From: Octopus vulgaris
Lineage: Eukaryota
DNA: 64,000 nt
Direction of reading: 5' to 3'
NCBI GenBank assembly: GCA_951406725.2
Contig: OX597829.1
Span: 20,212,001 to 20,276,000, forward strand
This document shows, piece by piece, positions 30,365 to 44,497 of this stretch (position 1 is the stretch's first letter; every line of letters starts with the position of its first letter). Position numbers and translations under genes: made by a program. The notes beneath the pieces were generated by a model. That model searched no databases. It was not told the origin of the DNA and saw only the letters and a program-made list of their open reading frames with translations.

Positions 30365-31229
30365 CACACATACATACATATCTACATACACACATACATA
30401 CACCCGCCCACATATACAAATTTATACACATGCACATGCCTATACCTGTCTACACATACACACACGTATATATGCATACACTCACTCCATGCATGCACGC
30501 ATACACACATGTATATATATATATATATATATACCCACGACCACACATACATATATACACATAAAAATATATATTCATACGCACATACACTCATGCACAC
30601 ACAACACACCTAGTTCCCTATATACACATATTTACACCTATATATACATACACCCACATACACCTATGTACACATATATATATATAAACATATACACGCA
30701 TACATATATATACATGTGTGCACATACATACATACACACATATATACATACACATACACATACACATGTGTACCTATACATACCTACACATACACACATA
30801 CATACATACAAATATACATATACATATATATATATACAATCCAATACAGGCCCATTCCCTAATTTTAATTTTATTATCTTCATTTATTACTTTTGTTATC
30901 TTTGATCGCTAGGGCTAAGAATCCTGGCAATGGCTGCATGTCCATTTGTCTGTCTACTAGAAGGCAAGTACTCATTCCCGCACGCACACTCATTAGCACG
31001 TACATTCACCCATTCGTACACTCATACACATACACGTACGCACGCGTTATATTCATACATACAAACATCTACATACGTTCACGTATATACACATACGTAC
31101 TCGTACCTACAGATTCGTGTCTACACTTTAGGAGGCTAGTCTATACATATACACCAATAAATATACATATATATATATATACATATACATACACACACAC
31201 ACATATATACTGCTACATACAGATACATA

Positions 31230-31281
<52 letters not shown>

Positions 31282-31456
31282 CATACACATACACACATAC
31301 ATATACACACACATACATACACATATATATACATACACAAACATATATACACACATATATATATATATACACACATACACACATACATACGTATACATAC
31401 ATACATACATACATACATCCATACTTACATGCATTTATACGCATACACACACCCCA

Positions 31457-31497
<41 letters not shown>

Positions 31498-31773
31498 TCA
31501 CACATACATATACAAATCTACGCACACACATACATACATACACGTATACGCATACACGCACATACACATATACATGCGTACCCATACACGTGCACACACG
31601 CACGCGCATCCATATATATACACACACACACATATATATACACGTGTGCAAGCATACATACATACTCATACGCGCACACATACTTACAAATACATATATG
31701 CACACACTTACACACATATATATACATACACATATACATGCATACATACATATATGCATACATACACACACGC

Positions 31774-31834
<61 letters not shown>

Positions 31835-31891
31835 CACATATAGATACATATACACATACATACACATACACATACATACACACATATACAC

Positions 31892-31924
<33 letters not shown>

Positions 31925-32129
31925 TACATATATACACATATACATACATATACATACACACACACATACATATATACATATACACTGATACACATACCCA
32001 TACATACACATGCATATACTTATATCACTACATACTCACATATATAAACATATATACATATACACACATACACATATACATGTACATACACATACGTATG
32101 CACATATATATATATACATATATATACAC

Positions 32130-32168
<39 letters not shown>

Positions 32169-32807
32169 TACATATACACATATACATGTATACATACGCA
32201 AAAATGATACACATATATACACATACACACACACAGACAGATGCATATACATACATATATATATAAATACATACATAATACACATATACACACACACACA
32301 ATATATACATTCATGCATATACATATACAAGTATACATACACATACATACACACACACGCGCACACATACATATACACACACACATATACAAATACTTAC
32401 ATACACACATACACACACACATATATATATATATATATACATACATGTACACACATACATATGTATATATATATCAACAAGGAGGGTAAAGTTAATTAGT
32501 TATTAATCAATTTCATCAAGTGTTCAGTATGTAAAGGGACCATTATTATTTTGAGTAAACAATGTTAGAGGGAAAAAAATTCTCTAAGTAGTGGAAGAGG
32601 CTAAAAAACTTTATTGGCTGCTATTTCTAGAAAGTTTAGTATGTGGCAAAGTAATTTATTTTATTTTCCTAAGCCCTAATTATATAATATTTTATACATA
32701 CATACACATACATAAGCACATACATTTACACATACATATGCATATACATATATACACATATACATACAAACACATATACACATATACACACACACACACA
32801 TACAAGC

Positions 32808-32857
<50 letters not shown>

Positions 32858-33906
32858 AATATATATACATATATATTTTTACATGCATACATACACACAC
32901 ACACACATAATACATGCGTATATTCCTACTGTACCCATGCATTTCTATACATATATACATACATACATACGATACACATATACAAGCGTGCACATATAAT
33001 ATGTGAAAGGTCTTAGGAGAAAAGGTAATCGGGGGTGCTAGGGGAACAGTGGGGTTGGGGGGTTGTAGGGGGAGGGGTAGGGGGGGTTGTCATCAATCAG
33101 GTTGCCGGGTAGGTCTATAGTTCTTGTAGTTCGCATACTTCTTATGCATGCAATTTGGGGAGTGTTCTGAAAATTTGTTAATTTTCAGAACACTCCCCAA
33201 ATTGCATGCATAAGAAGTATGCGAACTACAAGAACTATAGACCTACCCGGCAACCTGATTGATGACAACCCCCCCCCCCTACAACCCCCTCTACAACCCC
33301 CTCCCCTACAACCCCCCCCCCACCCCACTGTTCCCCTAGCACCCCCGATTACCTTTTCTCCTAAGACCTTTCACATATTATATGTGCACGCTTGTATATG
33401 TGTATCGTATGTATGTATGTATATATGTATAGAAATGCATGGGTACAGTAGGAATATATGCATGTATTATGTGTGTGTGTGTGTATGTATGCATGTAAAA
33501 ATATATATGTATATATATTTGCATATATATGTATGTGCTTGTATGTGTGTGTGTGTGTATATGTGTATATGTGTTTGTATGTATATGTGTATATATGTAT
33601 ATGCATATGTATGTGTAAATGTATGTGCTTATGTATGTGTATGTATGTATAAAATATTATATAATTAGGGCTTAGGAAAATAAAATAAATTACTTTGCCA
33701 CATACTAAACTTTCTAGAAATAGCAGCCAATAAAGTTTTTTAGCCTCTTCCACTACTTAGAGAATTTTTTTTCCCTCTAACATTGTTTACTCAAAATAAT
33801 AATGGTCCCTTTACATACTGAACACTTGATGAAATTGATTAATAACTAATTAACTTTACCCTCCCTTGTTGATATATATATACATATGTATGTGTGTACA
33901 TGTATG

Positions 33907-33939
<33 letters not shown>

Positions 33940-34193
33940 ATGTGTGTATGTAAGTATTTGTATATGTGTGTGTGTATATGTATGTGTGCGCGTGTGTGTG
34001 TGTATGTGTATGTATACTTGTATATGTATATGCATGAATGTATATATATGTGTGTGTATATGTGTATTATGTATGTATTTATATAGATATGTAGTTTATA
34101 TATATATATGTATGTATATGCATCTGTCTGTGTGTGTGTATGTGTATATATGTGTATCATTTTTGCGTATGTATATGTATATGTGTATATGTA

Positions 34194-34230
<37 letters not shown>

Positions 34231-34521
34231 GTGTATATATATGTATATATATATATGTGCATACGTATGTGTATGTACATGTATATGTGTATGTGTGTAT
34301 ATGTATATATGTTTATATATGTGAGTATGTAGTGATATAAGTATATGCATGTGTATGTATGGGTATGTGTATCAGTGTATATATGTATATATGTATGTGT
34401 GTGTGTATGTATATGTATGTATATGTGTATATATGTATGTGTATATGTATATATATATATATATATATATGTGTGTATGTGTGTATGTATGTGTATGTGT
34501 ATGTATGTGTATATGTATCTA

Positions 34522-34575
<54 letters not shown>

Positions 34576-34819
34576 TGCGTGTGTGTATGTATGTATATAT
34601 GTATGTATGCATGTATATGTGTATGTATATATATGTGTGTAAGTGTGTGCATATATGTATTTGTAAGTATGTGTGCGCGTATGAGTATGTATGTATGCTT
34701 GCACACGTGTATATATATGTGTGTGTGTGTATATATATGGATGCGCGTGCGTGTGTGCACGTGTATGGGTACGCATGTATATGTGTATGTGCGTGCGTGT
34801 ATGTATGTATGTATGTGTA

Positions 34820-34885
<66 letters not shown>

Positions 34886-35065
34886 TGGGTGTGTGTATGC
34901 GTATAAATGCATGTAAGTATGGATGTATGGATGTATGTATGTATGTATACGTATGTATGTGTGTATGTGTGTATGTATATATATATATATATGTGTGTAT
35001 ATATGTTTGTGTATGTATATATATGTGTATGTATGTGTGTGTATATGTATGTGTGTATGTGTATG

Positions 35066-35103
<38 letters not shown>

Positions 35104-35973
35104 TATGTATCTGTATGTAGGAGTATATATGTGTGTGTGTGTATGTATATGCGGGTATATATATATATATGTATATTTATTGGTGTATATGTATAGACTA
35201 GCCTCCTAAAGTGTAGACACGAATCTGTAGGTACGAGTACGTATGTGTATATACGTGAACGTATGTAGATTGTTTGTATGTATGAATATAACGCGTGCGT
35301 ACGTGTATGTGTATGAGTGTACGAATGGGTGAATGTACGTGCTAATGAGTGTGCGTGCGGGAATGAGTACTTGCCTTCTAGTAGACAGACAAATGGACAT
35401 GCAGCCATTGCCAGGATTCTTAGCCTAGCGATCAAAGATAACAAAAGTAATAAATGAAGATAATAAAATTAAAATTAGGGAATGGGCCTGTATTGGATTG
35501 TATATATATATATGTATATGTATATTTGTATGTATGTATGTGTGTATGTGTAGGTATGTATAGGTACACATGTGTATGTGTATGTGTATGTATATATGTG
35601 TGTATGTATGTATGTGCACACATGTATATATATGTATGCGTGTATATGTTTATATATATATATGTGTACATAGGTGTATGTGGGTGTATGTATATATAGG
35701 TGTAAATATGTGTATATAGGGAACTAGGTGTGTTGTGTGTGCATGAGTGTATGTGCGTATGAATATATATTTTTATGTGTATATATGTATGTGTGGTCGT
35801 GGGTATATATATATATATATATATACATGTGTGTATGCGTGCATGCATGGGAGTGAGTGTATGCATATATACGTGTGTGTATGTGTAGACAGGTATAGGC
35901 ATGTGCATGTGTATAAATTTGTATATGTGGGCGGGTGTATGTATGTGTGTACGTAGATATGTATGTATGTGTG

Positions 35974-36030
<57 letters not shown>

Positions 36031-36535
36031 ATATATATGTGTATGTATGTATGTGTGTGTAGATACGTATACATGTGTGTATAGGTATAAGTGAGAATCT
36101 CCTTATTTACCTATAACTCTATTCCCCCTTTTTTATATATATATATTTTTTTATATATATATTTTATATATATTTTTTTATATATATTTTTTATATTTTT
36201 TATTTTTTTATTTTTTTATTTTATTTTTTATTTTTTTATTTTTTTATTTATCTATTCTTTCATCTAACTTACCACTGACTCCTTGACCACTCCCCCAAGT
36301 ATGATATTTTGCGCTATGCCTACCCCCAAAAAAGTCCCCCACCACCACTCCTTTAAACCTGCCTAAATGTATAAATGCTAATACAATTCTTGTTAAATAG
36401 CTTCCTGAAGATTTCTCTTGAATGAAACAGTACTAGTCCTGTAGAAGCTCCTTCTATATAATAAATTAATTTTACTCTGCTATGTATTGAGTACCTTACT
36501 TACTGTGGTTAACCCCGAATCAACCCGGGACCTAC
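29880..36535. mobile_element. 6.6-kb fold-back (head-to-head) Penelope-like insertion
   Basis: ~3.3-kb arms meet at TCTGAAAATT-tgtt-AATTTTCAGA (loop 33176-33179); right arm starts with PLE-like ORF end SEHSPNCMHKK..* (33185-33262); HHR at both outer ends; right arm has ~70-nt extra tail. Confidence 0.75.
36399..36449 (+). ncRNA. Type-I hammerhead ribozyme motif (mirror copy 29897-29941, - strand)
   Basis: AGCTTC-CTGAAGA-T-TTC-TCTT-GAA-T-GAAACAG-tactagtc-CTGTA|GAAGCT; perfect 6-bp stem I, 4-bp stem III. Confidence 0.75.
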
Positions 36536-36562
36536 ATATGTATTTATATATATATATGTATT

Positions 36563-36595
<33 letters not shown>

Positions 36596-36678
36596 GTATT
36601 TATATATGTATTTATATATATATATTTATATATATTTATATATATATATTTATATATATATTTATATATATTTATATA

Positions 36679-36766
<88 letters not shown>

Positions 36767-36941
36767 TATATATATATATTTATTTATATATGTATTTATA
36801 TATATATATATTTATTTATATATATATTTATTTATATATATATATATATTATATTTATATATATATTTATTTATATATATATATTTATTTATTTATATAT
36901 ATATTTATTTATATATATATATTTATTTATTTATATATATA

Positions 36942-36974
<33 letters not shown>

Positions 36975-37145
36975 GATTGATTCTAGTTTCAGCTCTTGAG
37001 CTGTGGCCATGCTGGGGCACCGCCATGTATATATATATATTTATATATATATATTTATATATATATATTTATATATTTATATTTATATATTTATATATAT
37101 ATATTTATATATATATATTTATATATTTATATATATATATTTATA

Positions 37146-37544
37146 TACTCTTACTCTTAACTCTTTTACTTGTTTCAGTCATTTGACTGCGTCCATGCTG
37201 GAGCACCGCCTTTATTCGAGCAAATCGACCCCGGGACTTATTCTTTGTAAGCCCAGTACTTATTCTATCGGTCTCTTTTGCCGAACCGCTAAGTGATGGG
37301 GACGTAAAGCAAAGCAAAGCTAGGGGGACAAACACAAACACATACACACACACATATATATATATATATATACATATATACGACAGGCTTCTTTCAGTTT
37401 CTGTCTACCAAATCCACTCACAAGGCATTGGTCGGCCCGGGGCTATAGCAGAAGACACTTGCCCAAGATGCCACGCAGTGGGACTGAACCCGGAACCATG
37501 TGGTTGGTTAGCAAACTACTTACCACACAGCCACTCCTGCGCCT
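37146..37544 (-). mobile_element. SINE family A, full length
   Basis: As above. Confidence 0.92.
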
Positions 37545-37591
37545 ATATATATAGATGTATTTATATTTATATATATATTTATTTATATATA

Positions 37592-37714
<123 letters not shown>

Positions 37715-37718
37715 TTTG

Positions 37719-37771
<53 letters not shown>

Positions 37772-38330
37772 GTATATATATATGTATATGTATATATATG
37801 TATATGTATATATATGTATATGTATATATATGTATATGTATATATATGTATATGTATATATATGTATATGTATATATATGTATATGTATATATATGTATA
37901 TGTATATATATGTATATGTATATATATGTATATATATGTATATATATATATGTATATGTATGTATATGTATATGTATATATATGTATATGTATATATATG
38001 TATATGTATATATATGTATATGTATATATATGTATATGTATATATATGTATATGTATATATATGTATGTATATGTATATATATGTATATGTATATATATG
38101 TATATATATATATATGTATATGTATATATATGTATATGTATATATATGTATATGTATATATATATAAATTTATGTATATATATATGTATATGTATATATA
38201 TGTATATGTATACATATATAAATTTATGTATATATATCTATATATATGTATATATATATGTATATATATATAAATTTATGTATATATATCTATATATATA
38301 TATATATGTATATGTATATATATATAAATT

Positions 38331-38371
<41 letters not shown>

Positions 38372-38414
38372 GTATATATATATAAATTTATGTATATATA
38401 TCTATATATATATA

Positions 38415-38571
38415 GATGAGGGCAGCTGCATCGAACTCTCTCATGCACCAAATGGCAGTTGCTAAAAAGCTTTCGTGAAGTGAAACCAAGTAGCAACACC
38501 AAATGGCAGTGCCCCAGCATGGCCACAGCTCATAAGCTGAAACTAGAATCAATCAATCAGTCAATCAATCA
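38415..38571 (+). mobile_element. CR1-type LINE 3' tip with (AATC)n tail
   Basis: Inverse of 38747-38900; 50-bp tips of the same subfamily at 29640-29692 and 36975-37027. Confidence 0.9.
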
Positions 38572-38574
38572 TAT

Positions 38575-38607
<33 letters not shown>

Positions 38608-38618
38608 AATTTATGTAT

Positions 38619-38652
<34 letters not shown>

Positions 38653-38746
38653 ATAATTTATGTATATACATCTATATGTATATATATATATATATACAAA
38701 TTTATGTATATGTATATATATATATATATATATAAATTTATGTATA

Positions 38747-39439
38747 TGATTGATTGATTGATTGATTCTAGTTTCAGCTCATGAGCTGTGGCCATGCTGG
38801 GGCACCGCCATTTGGTGTTGCTACTTTGTTTTACTTCACGAAAGCTTTTTAGCAACTGCCATTTGGTGCATGAGAGAGTTCGATGCAGCTGCCCTCATCT
38901 GCACCTCCTGCCGTGAAGTTTGTTCATCTGGGACACCTGACAGGAAGAGATCCAGTTTCATTTTAAAGACATCCGCATCCACCCCATGCAGGTCTCTCAG
39001 GTTTTTCGGGAGGATATTGAAGAGCTGTGGGCCTCGGAAGCCCAGGCTATCACTCATGTAAATACCCAGGTCACGCACTGATTGTGCCTCTGGGATTGCT
39101 ATTCCTCCGGGTCCAGTGTATTCATTGGGTATTGCATTTAGTTTTGCATGCTGATAGTATAAAGCTTGAAACTTTTCAGCATTGAACTGCATGCTATTCT
39201 TTTCAGCCCACTTGTATATTTTGTCCAGCTCACATTGCAGGCGTTTAGTGTCCTCAGGGTTCTGTATTGCCTGTGAAACTTTTGTATCATCTGCATAACT
39301 TGTGATCGTGGCTCTCTGCGTGGCTGAGGGCATGTCTGAGAGGGCCATTATGAACAGTAGTGGTACCAGAACAGTCCCTGCGGAACACGGCTCACTATTT
39401 GCGTGTTAATGGAAGTGGCCCCATTGGCTACTACCACCT
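38747..39439 (-). mobile_element. CR1-type LINE 3' fragment with in-frame internal deletion
   Basis: ORF 38836-39348 joins YMSD directly to SLGFRGP; junction at ATCAC microhomology, ~450 bp missing versus the 26391 copy. Confidence 0.9.
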
Positions 39440-39698
39440 ACTACCATATATTTTCATATATGTATATATATATATATATATAAATTTATGTATGTATATG
39501 TATATATATATATATATATATTTATGTATATATATGTATATGCATATATATATATATATATTTATGTATATATATGTATATGCATATATATATATATATA
39601 TTTATGTATATATATGTATATGCATATATATATATATATTTATGTATATATATGTATATGTGTATATATATATATATTTATGTATATATATGTATATG

Positions 39699-39743
<45 letters not shown>

Positions 39744-39850
39744 GTATATGTATGTATATATATATATATATATTTATGTATATATATGTATATGTATATA
39801 AATATATTTATGTATGTATATATATATTTATGTATATATATGTATATATA

Positions 39851-40123
39851 TCGGAAGGTTTGGAGATGATGTACAGGTATTATATATTAGAAAAATTGAG
39901 GTAATCAGATCAGATGGTTCATATTTGTAGATATTTATTTATATATTACATTTTTTACATATATATCATATCATTCGGATTAGCGCTTGCTCCCATTCTA
40001 CCCACTAGAATGGGAGCAAGCGCTTAATCCGAATGATATGATATATATGTAAAAAATGTAATATATAAATAAATATCTACAAATATGAACCATCTGATCT
40101 GATTACCTCAATTTTTCTAATAT
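39851..40123. repeat. Small fold-back element: ~117-bp near-perfect inverted arms, 5-nt loop, 30-nt one-sided tail
   Basis: ..TCCCATTCTA-cccac-TAGAATGGGA..; arms 39884-40000 and 40006-40123; 39851-39881 unpaired. Confidence 0.9.
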
Positions 40124-40220
40124 GTATATATATATATATATATATATAAATATATATATATTTATGTATATTTATATATATATATTTATGTATATATATG
40201 TATGTATATATATGTATATA

Positions 40221-40482
40221 TACTCCTGCCAACCTTAAGAGAGCAACTAATTTTGATAAACGCATTTTGGTTTGGCATAAGAAATATAAATCTGTTGAAG
40301 ATGTCCCCGAATACATTTCGATATCAGTGACCAACAAAGCCAAAGACTTGAGCCGTGTCTATGTCAGCTTCTGCATGGTTGCTGTCACCATTGTCCTTTG
40401 CATCATTGTGATGTACAGCAGGAGACAGGCTGCAAAACGGGGTGAAGGAGTGTCAAAGAATGGAGATGACACCAAGAACTAA
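40221..40482 (+). pseudogene. FAM162: FAM162-like (UPF0389/DUF1075) intronless 5'-truncated copy
   Basis: ATNFDKRILVWHKKYKSVEDVPEYIS..NKAKDLSRVYVSFCMVAVTIVLCIIVMYSRRQAAKRGE aligns by eye to FAM162A PTDWQKKILIWSGRFKKEDEIPETVS..AKNKMRVKISYLMIALTVVGCIFMV..KKAAQRHE; no start codon outside the TA repeat. Confidence 0.8.
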
Positions 40483-40962
40483 GACATATTGCTTCTTCCT
40501 CTTCTTCTCTCTCTCTCTCTCTCTCATACACACAGACTCTGCACACAGTTTCATGTAGAGGCATGTATACACAAACAAGCACATGCCCTTACACATACAC
40601 ATTAACACCTACACACTCACATAAACCACCCCATGACAATCAATATGGACTAACACACCCACACTCACAAATACATGCACACACGCATGCACGCACGTGC
40701 ATACTTAATCATGCAAACACGTTTTCATTCTTGTTCCCCAAACAACCTTGCATATATACACCTAAACGGATGCTTCTTCTTCCTCCCACGACACACACAC
40801 ACACAAAGGCAGTGTCCCATACACATATATATATCACATGATCATGTGATTGAGCAGACTGTTGAATGCTGTTATACATCGCTAGTCACAATGCACTTTG
40901 CATCGTTTTAGCTTTCTAACGAGGCCACCCTACTGACTAAGTCAGCAGGCCAAAATACATAC

Positions 40963-41023
<61 letters not shown>

Positions 41024-41381
41024 CACACACATACATACATACATATACATACATACTGGATGAGCCAAAAGTCATGCACAAAATTCAATATGTTCTGGAA
41101 TTGTCTATGACATGTTTCAGTTTTTCTAAAATTGAATAAAACAATATTGAACACATATGTACTTGTACACGTTGAACAAAATGAATAATAATAATAACAA
41201 TAATAATAATAATAATAACTACACTCACGGAGTGGTTGGCGTTAGGAAGGGCATCCAGCTGTAGAAACACTGCCAGATCAGACTGGAGCCTGGTGCAGCC
41301 TCCTGGCTTCCCAGACCCCAGTTGAACCGTCCAACCCATGCCAGCATGGAAAGCGGACGTTAAACAACGATGATGATGATG

Positions 41382-41580
<199 letters not shown>

Positions 41581-41587
41581 ATATATG

Positions 41588-41695
<108 letters not shown>

Positions 41696-41704
41696 GTATA
41701 TATA

Positions 41705-41744
<40 letters not shown>

Positions 41745-41747
41745 GTA

Positions 41748-41778
<31 letters not shown>

Positions 41779-41897
41779 ATATATGTATATGTATATATAT
41801 ATGTATGTATATATATGTATATATATATATATATGTATGTATATATATTTATATATGTATATATATGTATATATATATATATATATATGTATGTATA

Positions 41898-41966
<69 letters not shown>

Positions 41967-42093
41967 ATATATGTATATATATATATATGTATATATATAT
42001 GTATATATGTATGTATATATATGTATATATATATATATATATGTATGTATATATATGTATATATATATATATATGTGTGTGTGTGTGCATATA

Positions 42094-42443
42094 TCTCTCT
42101 ATATATAAACGGCAGTTTGTCTGTGTGTGTTTCTGTGTGTCTGTTTGCTTGTACCCTCACTTTGACCACGGCTTTCAACCGATTCTGATGAAACTTGACA
42201 CACACATAGCCCAATGTCATAATTCAAAACTGAAAAAGATCGATAAATTCAACATGGGGTCGACAATCAGAAATTCAAACCACAGATGGTCATGGGGACG
42301 CAACTCGACCTTTTTAACTATCAAAAAAAAATTTACCATCTTTTTTTCCCCATTTTTTTGCTATTTTTTGGCTATAACTCTCTAAAAAATCCTTTATAGT
42401 TATTTCCCTTACAAACCCGAGCAACGCCGGGCGATACTGCTAG
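42094..42443 (+). mobile_element. Non-autonomous Helitron
   Basis: A|TC..TCTATATATAAAC 5' end; 3' hairpin CCCGAGCAACGCCGGG then CTAG|T. Confidence 0.85.
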
Positions 42444-42477
42444 TATGTATATATATATATGTGTGTGTATATATATA

Positions 42478-42525
<48 letters not shown>

Positions 42526-42699
42526 TTTGTGTTTGTCCCTCACCACCAGTACCCTTGACAACTGGTGTTGGTTTGTTTGCTAAACTTAGGTTTAGCAAAA
42601 AGAGTCTTATAAAATAAGTACTAGGGCTGATTCATTCAACTAAATCCTTCAAGGTAGTGCCTCAGTATGGCCACAGCCTAGTTTTGTTTAAGGCTTTAA

Positions 42700-44317
42700 G
42701 TTTATGCTTGAGGATGAAATTCTAAAAGTATTTGAAGAAAGTATTCTAAATTAATGAAACTATGCTTTTTGTAATTGAAGTAAAACTGAAAAAAGCTACT
42801 CTGAGTAATTCAACACAGTACTTATATAAAGATACTGCCTTCCTTAAATACTTAATAGACAGCTTTGATTAAAAAAAAAATGCATTGCCCAGGAAACTTA
42901 GTGTGGAAGATGATACCAAAAGTGAAAGATAAAAAATAAATATCGTCTCTTTTTACATTATTTGATAGAGTTGTATAATGCATCAAATGACGATGTGACA
43001 TTTATGATTCTTTTTCTTAAAGCAGCATTGAATGGGTATAGTTTGTGGAGAATTAAATTCTAACTCATTGGCATCTACATGTATCCATTAACATTAAATT
43101 AGCTAATATCCACTCTTATCAACAAGTCTTAACACTGATTTTAAAATTTGTGTTTTTATAGGTTCTGAGTGAAAATAATTTCTAATATATCTGATCTTGA
43201 AATGCCACCTCGTCGTCGTCGGCGCTCACCTGACACTGAGAGAAATATAGGAGATTTAAATGACATAAGAGCTAAGAAGATTGCATCTTGGTAAGTTAAC
43301 CACTCACATTTCACTGGAAATTATGTTAATAAAACATACTTTGAGAACAATTAATCATCTGTCTTAGCATGTAACCATCCAAACCAGAGTAAGCTGAAAT
43401 TATGGGATACAGCATGGTGTATGTAAACTATTTCAGCAAATGAGCTTACTGAGTCAGTGGCAAATATCACTAGATGCTGTGAAAACTACTGCTATCATAT
43501 GTAATCATGGCATGTACATCATCATCATCATCATCATCCTTTAACGTCTGCTTTCCATGCTAGCATGGGTTGGACGATTTGACTGAGGACTGGCGAACCA
43601 GATGGCTGCACCAGGCTCCAACCCGTTCTGGCAGAGTTTCTACAGCTGGATGCCCTTCCTAATGCCAACCACTCCAAGAGTGTAGTGGGTGCTTTTACGT
43701 ACCACTGGCATGAGGGCCAGTCAAGTGGTATTGGCAATGGGCACGCTTAAATGGTATTTTTTACGTGCCACCTGCACAGGAGTCAGTCCGATAGCACTGG
43801 CAACGACCTCGCTCGAATGTTTTGTTCACGTGCCAGTAAGGCGATGTTGGTAATGATCACGCTCAAATGGTGCTTTATTTCAGCTAATGAAAGATAAATG
43901 TGACTAAAACCCAAATCAGATGTTCAAGCCACATTGCTTGATCAGAATATCTGGCATGGAAGAGTTACTTACATATGTCCAGGCAGTCATCCTACTAGAT
44001 GATGATGGATAATCTAAGGAGTTTCATAATACAATTAATACTTATTCTATTTATTTCAGGGAGAAAATATTAAAAAAAAAAAATATTCCTTTTATCTTAT
44101 ATTTTCGTTTATGCTTGAGGATAAAATTCTGAAAATATTTGAAGAAAGCATTCTGAATTAATGAAGCTATGCCTTTTATAATTGAAATAAAACTGAAAAA
44201 AGGTACTCTGAATAATTCAACACAGTAGTTATATGAAGATACTACCTTCCTTAACAAATACTTAATGATAAAAAAAAACATTGCTTAGGAAACTTAGAGT
44301 GGAAGATGATAGCAAAA
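42700..44317 (+). repeat. Diverged ~220-bp direct repeat pair (42700-42920 / 44108-44317) around the first coding exon
   Basis: GTTTATGCTTGAGGAT..GGAAACTTAG..GGAAGATGATA shared. Confidence 0.85.
43202..43290 (+). CDS. DCUN1D4/5: DCN1-like protein 4/5 (DCUN1D4/5 family), first coding exon (exon begins 43162)
   Basis: ttttatAG acceptor at 43160-61; in-frame TGA at 43166 upstream of ATG 43202; MPPRRRRRSPDTERNIGDLNDIRAKKIAS(W) resembles the basic N-terminus of DCUN1D4 (MPPRKKRR); GTAAGT donor, phase 2. Confidence 0.85.
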
Positions 44318-44497
44318 TCATTGTAATCATTACTGTTCTGATAAAAAATATTGTTCTTTGGTAAAAGCTAGAAAGATTAACATGGAAAAGATTTACCACA
44401 TTATTCATTAGTTTAAGGATTAAATTTGATTATTAAGATGTTTGAAGACAGATAAATGCAGTAAAACTGCGGTGAACAAATAAACAAATGTATTGGT

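Noticed and set aside
33176-33179. Palindrome centre as a pure sequencing fold-back artefact
   Set aside because: Arms have discrete indels and an asymmetric tail matching other elements here; not fully excluded without reads
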